A stretch of DNA of 61,463 bases, counting the filler, from Dugesia japonica (taxonomy: Eukaryota), in the NCBI GenBank assembly GCA_001938525.1. It is 5 parts of 5 records of this genome, joined end to end, with 100 filler letters (N's around TTAATTAATTAA, not from the genome) between each part and the next. Parts side by side here need not be neighbours in the genome. Positions count along the whole stretch, not along the records: positions 50,496 to 61,463 come from MQRL01648129.1; 4 more parts are not named here. One strand, 5' to 3'. The notes beneath the pieces are model-generated. The model did no database searches. It was not told the origin of the DNA and saw nothing but the letters and a program-made list of their open reading frames with translations. Below are positions 50,496 through 61,463 of the stretch, in pieces. Made by a program: the position numbers and the translations under genes. Every line of letters begins with the position of its first letter. The first letter of the stretch is position 1.

Positions 50496-51966
50496 GAAGT
50501 TATTGATTTTGACATGGTAATTTTTTTAAACTTTCTGTAAAATTAAAAATATGCTGCTTAAATTATGCTTGTACTACGTGTTAATAATTATTTAATTAAT
50601 AAATTAATAAATTATCCACAATTTAATACCCTCCATTTTGTTTCAATTAACCTAATATTTTGTTTTAACAAATAAGTTGTTATATTATTCAGAAATTTGG
50701 ATAACGTGAAGTGTGGTGTGATTAGAATTCTTGCAGAAATNNNNNNNNNNNNNNNNNNNNNNNNNNNNNNNNNNNNNNNNNNNNNNNNNNNNNNNNNNNN
50801 NNNNNNNNNNNNNNNNNNNNNNNNNNNNNNNNNNNNNNCTTTTATAATTGTAATTTTTGGATATTTAGAAATAAATTTTATTGTAATTATTCATTGAAAT
50901 TTATTTTAACAAAAAAATATGTATATGAATAAACATGCTAATAAAATAGTATGTTTTTTTATATCGATTTAAATTAGGAAATTATTTTTGCATATTTGTT
51001 TCAATAAAACAAATTCATAAATGAGTTTTAAGAATTCATTTAAATTAATTATGATTGATATATTGAATATTAATAGTTACTACTCTCAAATTGAGAACAG
51101 TTCACGTAAATCAAGATAAAATTTTATAAAAAGCTAAAAAGAAAGTTTTAAAATCCAAAATAGTTTTTAAAAAAACTTTATATGTTTAGATAATCATTTC
51201 ATATAATTCATAATTAAATTGAACATGATATGCAATAAAAATNNNNNNNNNNNNNNNNNNNNNNNNNNNNNNNNNNNNNNNNNNNNNNNNNNNNNNNNNN
51301 NNNNNNNNNNNNNNNNNNNNNNNNNNNNNNNNNNNNNNNNNNNNNNNNNNNNNNNNNNNNNNNNNNNNNNNNNNNNNNNNNNNNNNNNNNNNNNNNNNNN
51401 NNNNNNNNNNNNNNNNNNNNNGCATAAATGAAATTTTAAAAATAAATAAAATAAAATTAAAACTTTTTTTTATAAAACTTTTTTTAAATTTTCATTTAAA
51501 ATTTATTTTTAAATGCAAATATCAAAATGATGTTCTTCTATTTTCATAGATTGTTCAATATTTCGGCTATGCCTTCTTCATGAACTAAACTCATTCTAGT
51601 TATAAATGTTTAAATAGAAACACAATTTATATTAATCTGATTAAAATTAATTTTCATTGGTCACTAATTATAACATAATATTTTGGGTTAGATTATTTTA
51701 AAAACATTTAAAAAAGTGAGGATTTTTAAAATTTTTAAGTAATAATTTGTGAAGTAATTTGAAATTAATAATTGGTGAAATAATAATTACTTTACAATTG
51801 CAATTATTGCGAGAATAATTGTTGGACATAACCATTGATCGTTTTATAGAATTCATTTNNNNNNNNNNNNNNNNNNNNNNNNNNNNNNNNNNNNNNNNNN
51901 NNNNNNNNNNNNNNNNNNNNNNNNNNNNNNNNNNNNNNNNNNNNNNNATTTGACTTTTGAAAAAAT

Positions 51967-52003
51967 CAATTCCTGACGAAGACAAGGTCGAAATATCGAA
52001 TTG
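51967..52003 (+). ncRNA. Minimal type-I hammerhead ribozyme motif (intact core)
   Basis: CAATTC (stem I), CTGACGA, extra A, GAC-AAG-GTC (stem II), GAAA, TATC, GAATTG (stem I'). Predicted cleavage after the ATC ending at 51997. Stem III is reduced to the palindrome ATAT. Confidence 0.8.
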
Positions 52004-52875
52004 TTATCTAATATCAATAAAGAAAACCAAAGTTTTGATCAAAGCTTTTATATTAAATGAAATAATAATTATATTTATATGTCATATTTATTTAAAAGAA
52101 AAAAAATTTATTTTCAATTAAAGTTTTGAAGAAGGATAATTTTTTCAATCACTTATCAAAAGAAAAATTGTCAAAATGGATAGATCAAAATATTTTTCTT
52201 TCTGTTTCAATACATTGTTAAATTTTTGAAATTTATTGAAATTAAATATATAATTTTATTAAACTAAAAATAATTAATTATTAATCAAAGTGTTGTTTGA
52301 AACTTTTATTTTACTTTTTTCAAAAAAAACTTCCGCGGTAAACCTTTTAAAATATTATATAAATTTATTTTTTTCCAAAATAAACATTCAAAGTTTATTA
52401 TTTAAAACAAAAAACATTTGTAAAAAATAACTTGTAGGAAATAAGTTAGCGTTTCTAGCAAATGTTTGGAAATTTCTTCACAACACATTAGAAATTTAGG
52501 ACAACACTGATTTATTGTCTTAATAAAAATAAGCTTTACTGTATACCTAAATCTATAATATGTACATTTGTTACAAATATCTTTATTAAAAAATTCTCTA
52601 AAATTTATTCAGAAAATTAAAATAAAAAAAATATATTATTTTCAATTACAATTATTAACATGGAAAACACTAGGTGCAGGCTGCATTTTCACACTTCATA
52701 GGAAAAAACATGAAGAACTACAAATTAAAGAAGATAACCCTAAAATAAATTTTATAATAATTAAATAATTAAAATTAAAAAAATTAAAAATTAANNNNNN
52801 NNNNNNNNNNNAATTAAATTAATTCAAAAATGTGTTTGTTATTATAAACATAAATCTTGAATAAATCAAAAAAGT

Positions 52876-52952
52876 CAATTTCTGACGAAGACAAAGTCGA
52901 AAAATTAGAATTAATATCAAAAACAAAAAAAATACATTTTTATCAAAGCTTT
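52876..52952 (+). repeat. Degenerate hammerhead repeat copy
   Basis: CAATTT-CTGACGA-AGACAAAGTC-GAAA-AATTA-GAATT followed by ATCAAAGCTTTT. Confidence 0.7.
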
Positions 52953-54059
52953 TTTATTTTCAAAAATAAATTTTAATGCTAATTTAAACAAAATTTTAAA
53001 TAAGAATTAATTTTCAAATGAAGTAAAATGTTGAGTAAAATATTTATTAATAAAATAAATATAAAATTTTCTAAATAAAATTTGTAAACAATAATTACGG
53101 TAAATAATTTTAAAATAAATTATGTATTTTGTGAAAATTAAATATTTGTAAATATATCATTTGTATTATTCATTATATTTTAAATAAAATTTGACAGGTA
53201 TAAAATTTCAAAACACATTATAGAAAAATCTCGTTTTTGGATATGATATATGTTCAAAATTCTATAAATATAAATTAACTGTTTTATATTTTAAAATTAA
53301 ATAAACTAAATAAACGATTTGTCCTTCGTTATAATTTCAATAATTATTACAAAACGAGTAAAAAAATATTAATTATTTAATTATAGAAAATCTAAAGTTT
53401 TATATAAAATAATAAGTTCGTTGTAAATATCTTTATAATTAAATATTATTTTAACTATTAGGATTAAACTAGACATATTTACAAATAAGAATTTTGCTCA
53501 ATTTTTGTTTTAAATGATCATTTTTTTTGATTGACGGTTTTAAATCATAGTTTTTAAAAATCTTAATTTCATATATATTTTCAATTAATACGTATAATAA
53601 AAATATTAAGGAAATAATATAAAAAATCTACATTTGAAAATTGTCAAATCTATTTACTTAAAAAGAAAACTTTTGTGTATAACAAACAAACTATTTAGCT
53701 ACAAAAAATTGTGATTTAAATCATTGGAATAACGACGCATTTGTCACAAGAAATGATATCCAACATATGATAGAGTAATAATTTAGAAGATTTTGTAAAT
53801 GAATCTAAAGCTCTAAAGATAACAGGTTCAGCAGTCGATCATTTAAACTGGACAACTAATTAATGGTTAGGCCAAAGAAAACATATTAAACAGTTTAGAA
53901 ATGTAGAATTATAACAAAAAAATTATTATGAATGTGTTGTTGTCTTCTTAAAGGTTAATAGACTTAAACTCTTTATGATTACTACGGAGTATTGTTATTA
54001 GAAAACTAAATTTCATACTTTATTAATAATCATTTTTTTGTTTTAATACATATTTTTTT

Positions 54060-54900
54060 AAAATATGGTTTGTTGTTTATCTTTTGTTTTCATAAGAAAT
54101 TTGTAAATTTTTGATATAAGATTTATCAGTATTGTTTTCAAAGTTCTGAATAATTTCAATCAATAAATTAGAAATAAACATTCTTGTGTGCCTATGATGT
54201 TTTGCCTTGAATTCTCGGAATTTGATGCTTTTTAAAACCAAATTACTGTAATTGATCAAGGATAATTGATCAAGAGTTTAAGCTTCTGCTTTGGTTTCTG
54301 GCTTTTCATTGTCGATAATTGTCTTAATGTTTATGATAAGTTGAGAAAAAATCTTCTTTATNNNNNNNNNNNNNNNNNNNAAAGTTTTTGTTATTCTGAA
54401 AAAAGTTAACTAGTAAATGTTTTTTAGATTTTTCTTTTTCAGCGATTTTATTGTGATTGTTTATTTCTCATATCGTATAAAATCAAATTGCTCATAATAT
54501 TCCTTGAAATTTGTTGTAGATAATAACAATCAATCAGTATGCTAGACTAAACTAAATAAAAAAAATGTTTTGACTACAATAAAAGTTGAATAAAGAAATG
54601 ACACTAAAATAGAAAATCATTTTATTTCTGGACAAGTATGAAATCTCTTTTATGTATTCCACATCCTAGCAAATAGAACATTATTTCTATTCATCATCTC
54701 TATATCAAAGAGAAACCAACTCAACACATACGGTATACTTCTAAAAATATTAATTTTACTTAATGATAATTAGTCGATGCAATAATTATTTCAACCATAT
54801 TTTCAGAAATAAATAATCACAGAGTAATGGAAAGATTTTTAAAATGTCAGGCTTGACCTTTAAAACATTCTTGAAACGAATCGTACCTATTAATTCATTA
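54060..54900 (-). mobile_element. Decayed piggyBac-like transposase
   Basis: FISENMVEIIIASTN, FSTYHK and NEKPETKAEA*TLDQL..NYS resemble piggyBac FFxxxIxxIVxxTN, LSTxH and KPE...TKGGVDTLDQ...YS. Confidence 0.55.
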
Positions 54901-56257
54901 AAACAAATTAATTATGTCAATATCTTCACAACTTTCTCTAAACTTTCTAGCTTTCAAATTTGAATTTTCTATTTATTAATAATTAATTAAACAAGTCATT
55001 ATTTTATTTAAAATAATTAAAACCAAAAAAAAAAAACATTAAAAGAAATTTATTTATTTAAAAATTAAAAAATATCCAAATAATTTGAAATTTAAAACCC
55101 AGAAAAATTTAAACAATAATTTAGATTTTCAAAAAAATTTTCAAGATTTAAGAATTTTCGATGCTTTATTTATAATCTGAAAATTCAAAAAAATAATAAA
55201 ATCAAATTAAAACATTGAAAGGCTAAAAAGATTTCAATAGTTTAAAAAAAATATGATAATAATTTAGATTTAATTAATATAAAAATACTTTTAAACTACA
55301 AATTACAAAGAAAATATAATATAAAATAAGTGAAAATAAAACTAATTTATTATTTCATGCAACTAGGTCAGACAAAATCTATTTAAATCCAGTCTGAAAA
55401 TTATAATTCAAAATAAAAATTCAAATTTTCATTTAATTTTCTTGATCTTTAAAATCTGATGAAAAATTTAGTTTTTTTTTNNNNNNNNNNNNNNNNNNNN
55501 NNNNNNNNNNNNNNNNNNNNNNNNNNNNNNNNNNNNNNNNNNAAGGAAAAGTTATTTGTATTGTGCAAAAAATATGAATAATTTAACTCAAGTTCATTCA
55601 TCAATAACCAAGAGAACAGTCTGACTAAATAATAATTAGAATAATTAGAATTCGGATAACGAGGATAAATTTAACCAAATCAAATGAATTTGCAAATTTC
55701 TTTTTTTTCGGAAATTTTGATCCATTTTTTGCATATTAAAGACTTTATTTTCTTTTATTTTAGTCAATTAACTCAAAAAGAAAATCACCATATTATATTG
55801 GTAAAATATTCTAAAATTATATTTGATAAACGTTTTAAAAGCTAAATTTTTACGACTATAATAAATAAATTTTTGTCGAAATTTGGATTATTTTTTCAAC
55901 AAACTCAACAAATTTGAAAATATATAGAGTTTATATTTATATTCTTTACAATAAAGAAAGAAATATTTATGATAACTTTTGAAACTGGACAAATTTTAAT
56001 TGAATTATAAATGTAATAATAGTTTTGAAAAAAACAAAAATTGTAGAGATTAAATAATGTACAAAAGCAAATATGAATTCTAGAATTTTTAAATATCTGA
56101 AAATTCTAATTTTTTTATACATCCTGAATATGTTAGATGAGTTTAAAACACTTATAAGTGAATTCAAAAGACTTGCTGATTCCATTTAAAAATTATTATA
56201 AAACAATAATCAAAAAGCGATAGATTTAATTTGTTATTTTAAACAATAGTATTATAA

Positions 56258-56301
<44 letters not shown>

Positions 56302-56372
56302 CAAAAATTGATTATTATTATTTATTATTGGAATTTATAATAAAGTTATAATTTTAAGTTGTCTATATTAAG

Positions 56373-57470
56373 TTGTTAATATGTAGAGAACAGATATTTT
56401 TACCGAAAAACGTCAAAGAAAGGATCAATGAAAATGCTATAAATGTGATAAAATCGGACATAATGTCAGATTATGTAGAAAAAAATAAAGTTTTAGATGC
56501 TGCCGTAATCATTTATATCAACTATTGTAAGAAAAAGAAACAGGTGGCCTATCTAAAGTGGCCTATTGAGTAAAATCGACTATACTGATATTAAAAGCGA
56601 GAAAATTGAGAATAATATTATTTCTGTAAAATAATGGTTCCAAGTAGAATCCCCAAGACTTTTAAACTAATATATACTGAAAATTGAGGATAAATATTGA
56701 AATTACATTAATAGAAATGTAGTATGGAAATAAAAATAAGATGCTATTATTGAAGCATGAACACACCCAAATATCAACATCTCAACCTGAAAAAGAAGAT
56801 ATAAGCTAATTGTAGAATGTAATCTCGCTAGTATACCTGTTAAAGTTATGTTTGATACTGGTGTTGATTTGAATGTCATTAGTCAAGAATTAGTAGATAA
56901 GATTTACCAAAACAAAACCCAGCAGTTAAGGTCTTTAATTCAGCTACTAGAGTGACCTGTGCTAATGCGATGAGTGTGTTGATTAAGTACAGTAAAATTG
57001 ACATTTTAGTTTGGATTTATATAAAACTCAACAATAAATCCAAACTAAATTAATTGGACTATAAAACAACAAGAACATTCAATTTAATAATAAATTTCTT
57101 TCAATAAAAAATCCACTCAAAATTTAGTTTTCCTCACTAATTAAAATTAAAATTCTAACCATCTGAAAAAAAGGAAATCCATGTCAAAGTGGCCAATCAA
57201 CATCATTACTTTCAAAAAGAAAGTTTTAGAAAGAAGGATGTTTTAACAATCGGTAAATAAGAATGGTAGACAAACAAAGAAACCTAAATGAAAATATCAG
57301 TACAATTATTATTTCTTTTACAGCTAATCATGTTGAAAACTATCTAATGTCATTATTAAAAACGCAGTGAAGAATTCATCTGGTTACTCGTTTATCGATT
57401 GCCAAGAGAAAATATGGTAAAGAGGTATTTTCTTGACTTTTAAAAAAAGATCTCTGATATCATAAGACAA
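56373..57470 (+). mobile_element. Highly decayed LTR-retrotransposon gag/protease remnant
   Basis: IVECNLASIPVKVMFDTGVDLNVISQELV at ~56809-56895 is an aspartic protease motif. Confidence 0.65.
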
Positions 57471-58014
57471 ACAAAATAACATGTAAAATTAATTTTATTT
57501 AATTCTAATTCACAGTATTCCTGGTTGTATAAGTCTCAGAAAAATGATGGATGCTTTTGAAAAAACGGGATTTTTGAGAGAATGAATAATGTCTTTAATG
57601 AAATATTTTATATTTTAAATAAAATAACAAATGTTCTTAATTGAAATATTGAACCCTTCACNAAATGTTTTATTAAAGTTTGTAAAGGACTCACAAAAGA
57701 AATAAGTAAGGTATTCAATGAGACTTAGCATTAAATCAGACACTTTAAAACTACCACTGTAAATGAAATGACAATTTAAATGCTACTGATAAACAATTCT
57801 CAGTAGTGATCTAGAAATCTCCAACAGAATATTCTACTTCTATTTGAGTACATGAATATATCTTAAACCAGAAATGTAATCTTTGTCAGTTGTGTCAAAT
57901 TCTGATACCCTCAATAAATATTTGTGTTCATTTTTAATAATTACAAAAATATAACTTGTAATAAATTAGAAAAATGATTTAAAAAAGTTTTGAAACCATT
58001 TCGAAAATATTTGA

Positions 58015-58440
58015 AGGGCTATCCATAAATGATGTCATGTAGTTTTGATAGATTCTTAGCCCATCTCCTTTCTCGTCACAATTCATCACATAATACTTGA
58101 TCCCTCCTCAAAATATTATGTCACAAAGATTCTTCACAAAAATCTTTGATACATTTTATCTTTGACTCATCAACAGAGATACAATAGTCTAAAGCACAAC
58201 AAAATTAACATTAAAATTGGCAGTTGTAATAAAATTTCAATCTTCCAAGAAATACTATTTAATATGTATTTGGATTCTCTAACATTGTGATATTCAAGTA
58301 AAATTTGATAATACTGCTGTTAAGTTAAAAATAAAATTTAGATGTGACGTCACTTTTATTGAGCCCTTTCTCTCAATTATCATTCAACATCACAAATATA
58401 TTTTCTTCCACATTTCTTCAGTTATTTATGGACGGCCCCT
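58015..58440. mobile_element. MITE with imperfect terminal inverted repeats GGGCxxTCCATAAAT
   Basis: Left end AGGGCTATCCATAAATGATGTCA; the right end's reverse complement is AGGGGCCGTCCATAAATAAC. No coding capacity. Confidence 0.7.
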
Positions 58441-58519
58441 TATTTGAAGCATTATTAAAAACATTATTAAAAAAAATAAATTTAATTAAATTACAAAAAA
58501 AATTTTCAATAAAATAATT

Positions 58520-58573
58520 TTAAGAGCGATGTTGAATCCGTCAACTAGTTGAGGGATTCAACATCGCTCTTAA
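58520..58573. repeat. 54-bp near-perfect palindrome bounded by TTAA
   Basis: TTAAGAGCGATGTTGAATCCGTCAACT|AGTTGAGGGATTCAACATCGCTCTTAA, one mismatched pair. Confidence 0.95.
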
Positions 58574-59267
58574 TTAAATTACTTATATTTTTCAATAATT
58601 AAATAAAAAAGCTCAAGTTAGAAGTAGGTTGGATAAAACTGATAAATTATCAATTGTTTTCATTAAATAATACTTGTTAAAATGTTCGAATTTAATAACA
58701 ATCATTTCTGTAAATTTCTTTTGTCTATTAACGAAAATATTCATTGAAAATTTTTACAAATTTCTAAACATTATCCAAAAAAAAAAATTATTATTCCTAC
58801 ATCCGTTGAGTAAGATTGAATTTCATTGTTCTGAAATTTTATACCATATTCATATAAAAAAATTTTCAAAAAAATAAAAATATTTAATTTTCTCTTTTCN
58901 TATTTCCAATACAAAGAAATTTTGTCCTATTAATAGATTTAGTGAAAAATAATAAATCTCTTTTTTTTCTTAAGATAACTTAAATTTAAATGAAATCACA
59001 TAAAATTTAATGAATTAAGACAAAATATTAAACAAAACAAATAATAAAATCAGTTGTTATCAATAAGGTTTTCATCAATTTTATATTTTTAATGTCATTT
59101 ACATTGGAAAACAAATAATATTCTCATTGAAAGAGATATTAAATATTACTTTTGTTGTTTTCTTTTTCTATTACACAAATAAAATCAGTTCACATTAAGT
59201 TCAAGTCATTTAAAATCTTTTAAACAATAACTTTTAATAACAATTTCTTATCGAAAACTAAAAAAAA

Positions 59268-59372
59268 AATTTTGATTGAAGCTTTATTTTAAAAGAATTC
59301 TGAAAAAAAAACGATCAATGCTTATGTCCAACAATTATTCTCGCAATAATTGCAATTGCAAAACAATTACTA
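59268..59372 (+). repeat. Tail fragment of the hammerhead repeat family (no ribozyme core)
   Basis: GATCAATGCTTATGTCCAACAATTATTCTCGCAATAATTGCAATTG. Confidence 0.8.
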
Positions 59373-60049
59373 GGTTGATTAATTTTTGTAATATAGTGTT
59401 TCCCGATCTGTTTAGACATTTCAGCAATCAATTTAAACAAATTCCTTAAATTCATTTTAAAAATATTGTTTTGTTCAAATATTATTTAGCACTAAAATTA
59501 TTTCATATAATGGATAATAAAGAAATTATTTCATCAAATTCATCAATTGAGGTAAATTGACACAACTCTACGTAAGTTGGAAACACAGAAACACTACCAA
59601 CAAGTACGAGTTTGGATTTTAAAGAAGCATCCAATTTAAATAACCATTTGAAATCTGTTGCGGCTGCATTTTCCACGAGAACCTTCAGAAAATATGATAG
59701 AGAAAGAGATATTTAATATTACTTTTGTTAATTGTTTTTAAAATTTATCAAATAAACAAAAATCAGTTTTAATTAATTTCAAGTAATTTAAAAGTTGTCA
59801 AACAATTACTAGGTTAAATATTGTTTGTAATATTAAATGGAAATAATATATATTATATATAATTGATAATTTTATTAATACATTGTTAATTGTTTTATTA
59901 ATTCTACACACCAGAACAGTTGCCAAATTTGTTTTAATGACTTCTATTCAATTTTATAAAATAAATTGTGACGTCAATACAATTTCTATAAATTTTGTGG
60001 TACTTCTATGTAAACAAAAAATTTTGCAACTGTTCTGGTGTCTACCTAT

Positions 60050-60500
60050 CCCCCTACTGACTCAGTTATCTGACTTTATTTAATATGTAACCAATCTGAA
60101 GATTGGTAAATGTTACAAAATATAATAGACATAGTCTAAAGAAAAAGTCAAAAAAAACAATTATGGTTTGTACAAATCTTTAGTGGATTGTGTATGTGGT
60201 AGTGTTTAATTGAAGCACCTTGGCAGTTGTTTTTTTTATTTGCTCTATACCTTAAACATAAATTGAAATTTAACAATCAAGAATGTTAAACAAAATCGTG
60301 AAGAATAACTCTAAAAACTAAATAAGAAAACGGTTTTCAAGGGTCAAGGATGCTGTGGACTCATAATATGTCATGCCGCTACATGAAGATTTAAAACTTC
60401 GGTTAAAAGTATGTTTCAATTATAGCCCCAGCAATTCTTGATCCTAAGTTTAGAGTGCTTGAATGGACAATCTGCATAATATTTGGGTTCTTACTTCAAA
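60050..60500 (+). mobile_element. hAT transposase remnant
   Basis: IAPAILDPKFRVLEW at ~60422-60466 matches the hAT AxxLDPRFK motif. Boundaries are approximate. Confidence 0.5.
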
Positions 60501-61463
60501 TTCAATCACCAAAAAATAGAATCTAATGAATAAATAAAACTATAAAATTGTAAAAGTTCATTTCACAGATTCAAAATTAACATCTAGAATTGTCTAGTGT
60601 TAATTCAGATGTCATATGCTGTTCTTTTTGTATGGTTATGATGGATTTCTCAAATATTCCAACAATTAATTCTTATAAAACAAATAAATAAAAAAAACAA
60701 TATCAAAATGCTTATGAAAATAAAAAACAAATGTTTTCATAATTTAAGAATTTATAAACCATATAAATATAAAATCATGAAAAAATAAACAATCAAATTA
60801 ACAAAATAAAAGCAGTGCTTTTTACTCTTTCTTTTTATTTTTTGGAAATTTTATATTTATTAGTAATCATTTATTTTACTTTATTAAAAATAATTTCAAC
60901 TTTTTTAATAGTTACTCCTATTAAATAAACTGAGCAGTATCTGTGTAAGAATTTAAACAAGTCTTTATCAATGTAACTGTTTATCTTTTAGTTTATTATT
61001 TATCCTATTTATTGTTGCTTTTTATTATGTATCATTTAATAATGAATATTCCGAAAGAAGAGGTGTGTATTTTTCTCATGCAGCATTATTAATGAACTAT
61101 CACATAACAATTTATTTATTACAAGTCTATAATTACAAATTTCTTTCTTAATCGATTATTAATAATAAAAACTTTGATTTATTTCCATATTTTTCAGACA
61201 ATAAATTGATTTTTCATTCTAAATGTGTGTTTGATTTATGATTTTCGGTTTAATTTAGTTATCGATTACTATTTTTTGAATGCAAGATATTTTATGAGTG
61301 TTTACATTTTTTAATTAACTAATTTCATGATTAGGAATTTAAAGAGAAGATTAATGGCATCGGCAATTTTTTTGAGGATTCAGTTTGATTGTTTTTAGAA
61401 AAATTAAAAATAAGATTTAATTTTGATTTATTTAAAAATTTTAAAATAAATGAGACAAAAGTT

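Noticed and set aside
57520-57950. Possible hAT dimerisation-domain remnant on the minus strand
   Set aside because: Similarity is too fragmentary to support without a profile search.

Overview
Very AT-rich eukaryotic DNA from an invertebrate animal. The ~46-bp introns, long (AAT)n tracts and transposon mix fit a triclad flatworm (planarian), but that is inference. The window is not contiguous: four artificial N-TTAATTAATTAA-N spacers join five pieces (about 1-19302, 19403-32664, 32764-41861, 41962-50394, 50496-61463). Two host genes can be supported: a complete six-exon Wee1-like pseudokinase (2041-7709, +) and the first three coding exons of a DUSP10/puckered-like MAPK phosphatase (43055-44630, -). 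Most of the rest is decayed mobile DNA: hAT, Tc1, mariner, DD39D, MULE, Merlin, piggyBac, Ty3/gypsy, Penelope-like, an R2/NeSL-like RT and a Polinton-type polymerase B. Three things stand out. (1) Two diverged, tail-to-tail copies of an unrecognised five-ORF cassette end in the same (AAT)n tract; they share gene order, a dynein-LC8-type KxTQT motif, splice-acceptor/poly(A) punctuation and a covarying terminal stem-loop. (2) A divergent, intronless TATA-binding-protein-like gene sits next to the Polinton-type polymerase. (3) A dispersed short repeat carries a minimal hammerhead ribozyme, often in fold-back arrangement. All assignments come from manual reading and translation; no database searches were run.
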